A DNA stretch of 32,000 nucleotides. Origin: Candidatus Methanophagaceae archaeon. GTDB lineage: Archaea > Halobacteriota > Syntropharchaeia > Alkanophagales > Methanospirareceae. Below, piece after piece: positions 21,656-28,590 of this stretch. Where the stretch lies: NCBI GenBank assembly GCA_003194425.1, contig PQXB01000001.1, positions 340,444-372,443 on the forward strand, written 5' to 3'. The notes beneath the pieces are model-generated. The model worked only from the letters and a program-made list of their open reading frames with translations. It was not told where the DNA came from and ran no database searches. The position numbers and the translations under genes are program-made. Position 1 is the first letter of the stretch. Each line of letters starts with the position of its first letter.

Positions 21656-22678
21656 ATGGGGTTGAAAGAAGCGAGGTTGTACGAGAAGGAGAATGCAAAA
21701 GTGAGGTGCAATGTCTGCGCGCACCGCTGCAGCATTCCCGAAGGAGGCTACGGAATTTGCAGAACACGGCAGAACAGGGGCGGGAAACTCTACACGCTCA
21801 TTTACGGCTGCGTCTCCTCCGCACACACAGACCCCGTCGAGAAGAAGCCGCTCTTCCACTTCTTCCCCGGGTCGCTCGCCTTCTCACTCGGAACGGTCTC
21901 CTGCAACTTCAGGTGCAGGCACTGCCAGAACTGGAGCATCTCAACCGCCAAGCCGGGCGACTTCTGCACGGCGGAGACGGAAATGTCGCCCGAGGAGGTA
22001 GTGAGCCGAGCAAAGAGGGAGGGCTGCGACGGAATTGCTTGGACTTACAACGAGCCCACGATTTGGTTTGAGTACGCTTACGACTGTGCGAAGTTGGCGA
22101 AGCGGGCGGGGCTTTACACTGTTTTTGTGACGAACGGGTTCTTGACCGAGGAGGCGTTGAACGAGGTTGCACCGTTCTTGGACGCTGCGAATGTGGATGT
22201 GAAAGCGTTCAGCGAGGGCTTTTACCGCAAGGTCTGCGGTGCGAGGTTGAAGCCTGTGCTTGAGACCTGCGAGAGAATGCTGGAGCGGGGGGTTCACCTC
22301 GAACTGACTTACTTGGTCATTCCCGGCTACAACGACAGCGACGAGGAAATTGGGCGGTTCTCGGAGTGGGTGGTGTGGGGTTTGGACGCTTCGGTGCCAG
22401 TGCATTTCTCGGCTTTTTACCCGGCTTACAAAATGCTTGAGGTGCCGCCGACGAGTGTTGCGGGTTTGGAGAGGGCGCACGAGATTGCGAAAGCCGCGGG
22501 GGTTGAGTACGTTTACCTCGGGAATGTCCCGGGTCACGAGTACGAGAACACTTTCTGCCCCGAGTGCGGAGAGTTGCTGGTAGAGCGGAGTGGGCACAGG
22601 GACAGGCTGAGGATTTCGGGACCCGAGCCAAAATGTCCGAGACCGGGTTGCGGGAAGAGTTTAAATATTCGGCTGTAA
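21656..22678 (+). CDS. amrS: AmmeMemoRadiSam system radical SAM enzyme (AmrS; pyruvate-formate-lyase-activase-like)
   Basis: N-terminal Cys motif CNVCAHRCSIPEGGYGICRTR, radical SAM CNFRCRHCQNW, and a C-terminal CPECGELL...CPRPGC. This layout is typical of the AmrS family. Confidence 0.85.
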   Translation: MGLKEARLYEKENAKVRCNVCAHRCSIPEGGYGICRTRQNRGGKLYTLIYGCVSSAHTDPVEKKPLFHFFPGSLAFSLGTVSCNFRCRHCQNWSISTAKPGDFCTAETEMSPEEVVSRAKREGCDGIAWTYNEPTIWFEYAYDCAKLAKRAGLYTVFVTNGFLTEEALNEVAPFLDAANVDVKAFSEGFYRKVCGARLKPVLETCERMLERGVHLELTYLVIPGYNDSDEEIGRFSEWVVWGLDASVPVHFSAFYPAYKMLEVPPTSVAGLERAHEIAKAAGVEYVYLGNVPGHEYENTFCPECGELLVERSGHRDRLRISGPEPKCPRPGCGKSLNIRL

Positions 22679-22696
22679 TTTTAATGAGAGAAAAAT

Positions 22697-24223
22697 ATGC
22701 AAGAGCGAGAGCCGAGAGCGGTAAGACAGAGGCAGAGGACGGTAAAATTCTTGGACACGACGCTGCGGGACGGCGAGCAGACGCCGGGGGTGTCGCTGAC
22801 GCCGGAGCAGAAGTTGCAGATTGCGAAGCAGCTTGATTTGTTGGGTGTGGACGTAATTGAAGCAGGGACGGCAATTATCTCGGAGGGCGAGCAGCGAGCG
22901 ATTCGAGCAATTGCGAACGCGGGCTTGAACGCCGAAATCTGCTCCTTCGCTCGGCTCTTGAGAGGCGACGTTGACGCTGCGGTTGGCTGCGGTGTCGAGA
23001 CTGTTAATTTGGTCGCTCCGGTCTCGGACGCACACATAAAAAAGAAGTTAAAAATTGACAGGGCGACGTTGCGAGCGAAGACCGTTGAAATGGCGGAGTA
23101 CGTGAAAGGGCAGGGCTTAAAAGTGGAAATCAGCGCCGAAGACGCGTCGAGGTCGGATTTGGAGTTTCTAAAATCGTTCTTCTCGGAGTTGGCGGCAGCA
23201 GGAGTCGTTGACCGCTTGACCTTCTGCGACACTGTCGGCGTGCTCTACCCGGAGCGCACGAAGGAGATTTTTTCGGGGCTCTGCCTCGCTCTCTCTGAGT
23301 TTGAGACGCCTGTCTCCGTGCACTGCCACAACGACTTCGGTCTGGCGACTGCGAACTCGGTAGCCGCGGTGCAGGCAGGGGCGGAGGTCGTGCACGTAAC
23401 CGTGAACGGTCTCGGCGAGCGAGCGGGCAACGCCTCTCTTGAGGAAGTGGTCGTGGCTCTTGAGAGGTTCTACGGCGTCCGGACTCGGATTGCGACGCAG
23501 AAATTGTACGAGACCTCGCGACTGGTTCGGAGGCTGACGAAAATGCAGGTTGCACCGAACAAGCCGCTCGTCGGCGACAACGCCTTCACGCACGAGTCCG
23601 GAATGCACGTTCACGGCACGCTCGCGGACACAACGCTCTACGAGCCGCTCGACCCTGCGGTAGTGGGACGAAAACGGCGGTTCGCTTTCGGCAAGCACAC
23701 GGGCAAGGCGTCTGTAAAAACAGCCTTGAAAGAGCAGGGCATTCGGGCGGACGAGAAACAAATAAGCGAAATTTTGGCGAAGGTGAAGGAACTCGGCGAC
23801 AAGGGGAAACTGGTTACCGACGCCGATTTTCAGGCGATTGTAGTGGATGTCCTGCAGATTGAGCGCGAGGAAAAGATAAAACTTGTGGATTTGTCGGTCG
23901 TCTCGGGCAAGAATGTTTACCCGACGGCGTCGCTGCGGTTGGCGATTAACGGTGAGGAGGTGGTAGAAGCGGGCGTCGGCGTCGGTCCGGTGGACGCTGC
24001 GATAAACGCACTGCGGAAGGCGATGTCTGGAAGGGAAATGAACGACCTGCGGCTTGAGGAGTACCACGTAGACGCAATCACCGGCGGGACAGACGCGCTG
24101 GTGAACGTCGCAGTGAAAATAAGCCGTGGCGACAAAACAGTGACCGCGAGCGGCGTTAGCGAAGACATTGTGACCGCCTCGGTGCGTGCCTTGATCAACG
24201 GCGTGAATCGCCTGTATCTGTAG
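22697..24223 (+). CDS. cimA: (R)-citramalate synthase / 2-isopropylmalate synthase family (CimA favoured)
   Basis: Family blocks are FLDTTLRDGEQTPGVSL, VSVHCHNDFGLATANS, HVTVNGLGERAGNASLEE, and a C-terminal regulatory domain with GVGPVDAAINALRKA and GGTDALVNVAV. The motif EAGTAI in place of EAGFP resembles archaeal CimA as I recall it. The subfamily call is tentative. Confidence 0.85.
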   Translation: MQEREPRAVRQRQRTVKFLDTTLRDGEQTPGVSLTPEQKLQIAKQLDLLGVDVIEAGTAIISEGEQRAIRAIANAGLNAEICSFARLLRGDVDAAVGCGVETVNLVAPVSDAHIKKKLKIDRATLRAKTVEMAEYVKGQGLKVEISAEDASRSDLEFLKSFFSELAAAGVVDRLTFCDTVGVLYPERTKEIFSGLCLALSEFETPVSVHCHNDFGLATANSVAAVQAGAEVVHVTVNGLGERAGNASLEEVVVALERFYGVRTRIATQKLYETSRLVRRLTKMQVAPNKPLVGDNAFTHESGMHVHGTLADTTLYEPLDPAVVGRKRRFAFGKHTGKASVKTALKEQGIRADEKQISEILAKVKELGDKGKLVTDADFQAIVVDVLQIEREEKIKLVDLSVVSGKNVYPTASLRLAINGEEVVEAGVGVGPVDAAINALRKAMSGREMNDLRLEEYHVDAITGGTDALVNVAVKISRGDKTVTASGVSEDIVTASVRALINGVNRLYL

Positions 24224-25175
24224 CAGCAAGAAAATGTTTAGCGAACTCGCGTGCCTCTTGCAGACTCCTGTCTCGGCTGAGTACAGCCCGCCTCAAAACA
24301 TATTTCTCACGACCGAACCCAAAATAAACCGCTAACTCAACTCCTTCTTTGTTCCCTCTCCCGCTCCCGCTCTCTTTCCCTCCCTCTCTCCCGCAGCAAG
24401 CATGCACACCCACCGGAAGCGAGCACCCGCCGCCAATCACTTTTAACACCTCCTGCTCCACCTCCGCCTCTCTCCTCGTCTCCGCGTCGTCAACCGCTTT
24501 TAATCTCTCGCTCGCCTCTGTCCCCCACCTCGTAACCACAGCAATTATTCCCTGATTCGGCGACGGCACAAAAGGGTCGCAGTTAAGCCTCTCGCACTCG
24601 TGCTCCAGCTCCTTACCCAACCCCAACCGCTCAAGCCCCGCCTCTGCAAGAATCACGCCGTCGTACTCGCCGTTCTTAAGTTTCCTCAACCTCGTGCCTA
24701 CATTTCCACGAATCTCTTTTACCCGCACTTCTACGCCTCGCTCCGCAGCGTAGTTCAGGAGTTGGAACTTCCTCCGCACGCTCGAGGTCCCTACTACCGC
24801 ACCCTCTCTCTCTCCCTTTCCCTCTGCCTCCAGCAGTTCGTCCAACCCGCACCCGTGCCTCAAGACCAGAGCGTCGTAGGGCGAGTCGCGAGGCAGAACC
24901 GCCGCCGTCTCCAACCGCTCGTCCCTCTCCAGCGGAATGTCCTTCATTGAATGCACCGCAAAGTCAATTTTGCCGTCTAAAACCAGCCTGTCCAACCGCT
25001 TGACAAACACCCCCTTCTCCGGCATTTCTGACAAACTCCTGCCTGTCAAAGCGTCCCCTAAACTCTGCACCTTTCGAACCTTGAGCTCGTCCTCAAAACC
25101 CGCCGCTCGCAGCCGCTCGCACACCCTCTCGGTCTGCACCACCGCCAACTCACTGCCTCGCGTCCCGACAATCAT
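24195..25175 (-). CDS. hemC: hydroxymethylbilane synthase (porphobilinogen deaminase)
   Basis: The blocks IVGTRGSELAVVQT, DFAVHSMKDIP, GTSSVRR, IRGNVGTRLRKL, ILAEAGLERLG and GGCSLPVG are classical HemC. The 3' end overlaps the cimA 3' end by 29 nt (convergent). Confidence 0.92.
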   Translation of the reverse strand: MIVGTRGSELAVVQTERVCERLRAAGFEDELKVRKVQSLGDALTGRSLSEMPEKGVFVKRLDRLVLDGKIDFAVHSMKDIPLERDERLETAAVLPRDSPYDALVLRHGCGLDELLEAEGKGEREGAVVGTSSVRRKFQLLNYAAERGVEVRVKEIRGNVGTRLRKLKNGEYDGVILAEAGLERLGLGKELEHECERLNCDPFVPSPNQGIIAVVTRWGTEASERLKAVDDAETRREAEVEQEVLKVIGGGCSLPVGVHACCGREGGKESGSGRGNKEGVELAVYFGFGREKYVLRRAVLSRDRSLQEAREFAKHFLAATDTGDSRR

Positions 25176-27550
25176 TTATTTCTCTTCTTCTCTCTTTCTC
25201 TCGTTCGCTTCCGCCTTAACCAAACCACCGCAAGCAAGAGTCCAGCAACGCAGAACGCCGCCTCAAAACCTGGCTGCTCCTCTCCTGGCTGCTCCTCTCC
25301 TTCCTCCTCTCCTTTTTCTTCCAGTGTCGGAGTTGGCGTGGGTGAAGGCGTTGGCGTTGCAGCGGCAACGCTCTCGTTCCCTCCCTCCACTGCAGGTGTA
25401 GGCGAAGGTGTAGGCGTGGGCGTGGTGCGGACATTTACCGACGGCTCGACCGCTGGAAGAATTCTCACCGTCGTTGTAGCAGTGTGCCCGTCGCCGTCGT
25501 CCGCGGTCACCAAATATTCGCCCACCTTCGCGGTCGCAGTCTCGAACGAGTCTTTGAACTTGTTGTAGAACTGTTCTTCGTCTTCCTCGATCTCTATGAA
25601 TTTGGGCTTCAGTTTTGTCGCATTTTCTCCCAGCCCTTCAACCGTGACGATGATAGATTTCTCCACTTTTCTGTTCGTAATTCCGCTAACCTCAAGCTCA
25701 GAGCCAAGCACCACATCCTCCAACTCGTCAAGCTCCACAAAACCCTCCTCCACTTTTATCGTCGCAATGCCAAGGAGGTCGTCGCTGCCCGCCTCATTTA
25801 TCGTCTTGTCTTTTAAAATCTCCAAAATCTGCTCGCTCGTCTTGACCTCAAGCGAACTGGAAAAACCGTTAGTCAGGACGCTCAGCAAATCGTCGCTACT
25901 GCTCATTCCCCACACTCGGTCCCGCCCGTAACTGAGCACAGGAATTAAATAAATACCCGTGTCTGCGTCCTCGTTCGCTTTTATCCAAGTTGTCTTAAAC
26001 TCCCCGTCTTCCGTTACTCCGCAGGTGTGGTGTGTAAGACCCGGGGCATTCATTTTTCCGTCGGTCTCTCCAAAAATGTCGTCAGGGTTGAGCCCCACTC
26101 TACCACCGCCTTTTGGTGCAATCGTCAGGATGTCCACGCGGTCCCTGCCCGGCACCGTCCCTTTAACTATAAAGTCGTCACCTCGAGCAACAAATCCTGT
26201 ATGAATATCATCCTTTGCATAAGTCTCCGCAAACAACCCGCCTCGGATGAGAACGATTGTCTCTGACACGTCTGGCAGGTCTGTTTCAGGATCAGAAATC
26301 GGTAAAACCCACATCTCTATTTCGTGCGTTCCAGGTGAGAGGTCTTCGGTATACAAATAATAAACATCCCCAAGCTCGACATTCTCCTTAAAAACATCAT
26401 CATCAATTTTAATCGTCATCCTGTCGCCTGCGTCTGCGGAACCACTGATCTCAAGAATCTCGCCGATGTAATACACTCCTTCTTCAAGCCCAGTTAGCTC
26501 TGGCTCGAGCACCGTAATTTTCACACTTGTTCGGTTCTTGGTCTGAACCTCGTGCTCGGTTGCGGTAATGTCGTAATTGCCGGTCTCGGTGAAAGATGCG
26601 ACTGCCTTAAACAAGCCGTCTTCATCTGATATTCCGAAGGCACTGTGCCCGCCCGTCTTTGGCTCGCCAATGCCTGCACCCTCGTTGAACCAGACGTTTA
26701 ACTCTTCACCTCGTGTTACATTCAGGCTAATAAATGTGTGTGGAGTAGTAGAGACAGAGAACACGATTTCTTCGGTAACGGTCTGCTCTTCGGGTTTCGC
26801 TTTTATCTCGACGCCTACACTCCTCACCTCAAAAGAGACCGCGGGACCTTCTACATCAAGCCCGTTGTTCGTCTCTGGGTCTGTTTCAATGCTGAGCCTG
26901 TAGGGTCTGGTGTCGGTGTCGAGTTTAGCAGTGTTTATCGTCACAGTATTTTCGCCGTTCTCACTAACATCAATATTTTCAAGGGACACATTTTCGCCAA
27001 CATCCTCCTCTGGCACACGCAACCCGTCGGGGTCTAAAAGTTTGTAGGTAATGTTGTTTGGCAGGGGTCCTTTAATGATACTTAAATATGTGTGCGCCTC
27101 AAAGGTTATATTTCCGCCTTGCGTAACCCACGAAAAATCCTCGCCCTTCACCTTCACATTAGCATCTAATTTCGGCAACACAAAATATATTATCGTAGAT
27201 ATTGTGTCATTTATTGTAGCATTTGCAGCAGTACCTTCAACTTTGTACTCTCCCTCAACCAGCTTCGGCTCCTCACTGGAATCAAACGGACCCTTAAAGG
27301 AGATAATTATGTGGCTGTCCTGCCAATTGCTCTTTATTACGCCTTCGGATATTAGAACTCCAGATGCATCAACAAAACTCAAGTTCGTCTCACCGATGAT
27401 GGCAGTAGAACCGAGAGAAGCATTTCCAATCGCCCGCCCGACCTCAGGACTGACGCCAGCTTTCACAGGTGCAAATAAAGTAAATATCAAAATTAGTGCG
27501 ACTGCTGCCGGCAGGGCTGCCCTCACACTCTGCAACACTTTCTTATCCAT
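25172..27550 (-). CDS. large secreted surface (S-layer-like) glycoprotein candidate with PT-rich linker and PGF-CTERM archaeosortase sorting signal
   Basis: Signal peptide MDKKVLQSVRAALPAAVALILIFTLFAPVKA. At least 11 N-x-S/T sequons. C-terminal TPTPTPSPTP...TPTPSPTPTPT linkers are followed by PGFEAAFCVAGLLLAVVWLRRKR, which matches the PGF-CTERM pattern (PGF + TM + basic tail). The stop overlaps the hemC start (ATGA). Confidence 0.8.
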   Translation of the reverse strand: MDKKVLQSVRAALPAAVALILIFTLFAPVKAGVSPEVGRAIGNASLGSTAIIGETNLSFVDASGVLISEGVIKSNWQDSHIIISFKGPFDSSEEPKLVEGEYKVEGTAANATINDTISTIIYFVLPKLDANVKVKGEDFSWVTQGGNITFEAHTYLSIIKGPLPNNITYKLLDPDGLRVPEEDVGENVSLENIDVSENGENTVTINTAKLDTDTRPYRLSIETDPETNNGLDVEGPAVSFEVRSVGVEIKAKPEEQTVTEEIVFSVSTTPHTFISLNVTRGEELNVWFNEGAGIGEPKTGGHSAFGISDEDGLFKAVASFTETGNYDITATEHEVQTKNRTSVKITVLEPELTGLEEGVYYIGEILEISGSADAGDRMTIKIDDDVFKENVELGDVYYLYTEDLSPGTHEIEMWVLPISDPETDLPDVSETIVLIRGGLFAETYAKDDIHTGFVARGDDFIVKGTVPGRDRVDILTIAPKGGGRVGLNPDDIFGETDGKMNAPGLTHHTCGVTEDGEFKTTWIKANEDADTGIYLIPVLSYGRDRVWGMSSSDDLLSVLTNGFSSSLEVKTSEQILEILKDKTINEAGSDDLLGIATIKVEEGFVELDELEDVVLGSELEVSGITNRKVEKSIIVTVEGLGENATKLKPKFIEIEEDEEQFYNKFKDSFETATAKVGEYLVTADDGDGHTATTTVRILPAVEPSVNVRTTPTPTPSPTPAVEGGNESVAAATPTPSPTPTPTLEEKGEEEGEEQPGEEQPGFEAAFCVAGLLLAVVWLRRKRTREREKKRNK

Positions 27551-27646
27551 CTTTTTTTATTTTGATTATTCTACTTTTGATTCTTCTTCTCTACATTTGC
27601 ACTTAATTATTTAAATAGCCCTCCCTAAAAATAATTCATAAATAAA

Positions 27647-28576
27647 ATGAAACAAAAAAAAAAAGTTCGGGTAAGAGGCAAGGAGACAGTGGCGACAGTG
27701 GTGGCATTTTTTTTGCTCGCATTGGCTACGCTGCCCTCCAACACTGCTGCAGTCGTACCAGCTGCCGAAGAAGTCTACATTTCCTGCATTAACGATTCTC
27801 AGATCGGGAAAGAAGTGACGGTCTCGGGTGTTGTCACAGCAATCGCGAGCAACCTCGAGCCTTCAAGCTCTACCGAGGACGGCATTCAGACCTTCGAGCC
27901 CGGCGACACGAGCGTTCTGACCTTAGACGACGGAACAGACACAATTTTCGTCAGCACCGACCCGCGGCTCTTGGAGAAAGTTTACAAAGGTCAAAGGCTC
28001 ACGGTCGTCGGAATTTACGCGGGCGACGACGAAATAAGCGAGGGCAAGGGCATAATCTACGCGGACAAACTCGGTCCCAAGGAACGGGTCTACGAAGAAG
28101 TAACCGTTAAAGAGCTCAAAGAATTTCCAGAGTATTTTTACGGGAACGCAGTGCTCCTGCAGGGGAATGTTACACGAATCGAACTCACGCACGGTAAGAC
28201 GGAGTTAGGAATTGACGACGGTACCGGGACGGTGCCTGTGGAATATGCCGCCGAGACGAGCGAAATAACTGTGGGCGAGCGGGTAACGGTTGAAGGTAAG
28301 TTTTACAGGAACAAGGTCTACGCATTTGCAGTAACACCAGAGAAGCCCAAAACGACGCCAACCCCGACTCCAACGTCAAGCCCGGCTCCAACGCCAACTC
28401 CAACCCCGACGCTAAGCCCGGCTCCAACGCCAACTCCAACCCCGACGCCAACAGCAGCAGGAACGAGTGCGTTCCATTTGGTTTCATATATTTTCACAGT
28501 TATTTCGGTCGCAGTAGCAGGCGTACTTGTTGCTCTTAAAATAAGAGAGTGGCTCATACTCAGAGGCTACAAGTGA
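27647..28576 (+). CDS. secreted protein with two tandem OB-fold-like modules, PT-rich linker and C-terminal TM anchor
   Basis: Signal peptide, then two modules with the OB-fold (tRNA_anti-like) pattern. Module 1 is GKEVTVSGVVTAI...VLTLDDGTDTIFV...GQRLTVVGIY. Module 2 is AVLLQGNVTRI...ELGIDDGTGTVPV...GERVTVEGKFY. These are followed by TPTPTPTSSPAPTPTPTPTLSPAPTPTPTPTPT and the TM segment VSYIFTVISVAVAGVLVAL. The fold assignment is by pattern only. Confidence 0.65.
   Translation: MKQKKKVRVRGKETVATVVAFFLLALATLPSNTAAVVPAAEEVYISCINDSQIGKEVTVSGVVTAIASNLEPSSSTEDGIQTFEPGDTSVLTLDDGTDTIFVSTDPRLLEKVYKGQRLTVVGIYAGDDEISEGKGIIYADKLGPKERVYEEVTVKELKEFPEYFYGNAVLLQGNVTRIELTHGKTELGIDDGTGTVPVEYAAETSEITVGERVTVEGKFYRNKVYAFAVTPEKPKTTPTPTPTSSPAPTPTPTPTLSPAPTPTPTPTPTAAGTSAFHLVSYIFTVISVAVAGVLVALKIREWLILRGYK
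28378..28449. repeat. 36-nt unit AAGCCCGGCTCCAACGCCAACTCCAACCCCGACGC(T/C) x2 encoding the PT-linker
   Basis: Read directly (28378-28413, 28414-28449; one mismatch). Confidence 0.95.
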
Positions 28577-28590
28577 ATATTTTCGTAAGA

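Noticed and set aside
21941-22597. 218-aa minus-strand ORF, and the overlapping 185-aa ORF at 22317-22874
   Set aside because: Antisense to the radical SAM (amrS) gene and the cimA 5' end. Low-complexity products.
23168-24229. 353-aa minus-strand ORF
   Set aside because: Antisense to the well-supported cimA/leuA-family gene. The product is R/H/V-rich with no recognisable motif.
27647-27760. N-terminus of the OB-fold protein considered as a class III (prepilin-type) signal peptide, given the adjacent pilus-type ATPase
   Set aside because: The sequence VRVRGKETVATVVAFFLLALATLPSNTAA has a charged K-E right after the candidate RG cleavage site and a normal A-x-A-like site after the hydrophobic core. 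It looks like a Sec signal peptide instead.
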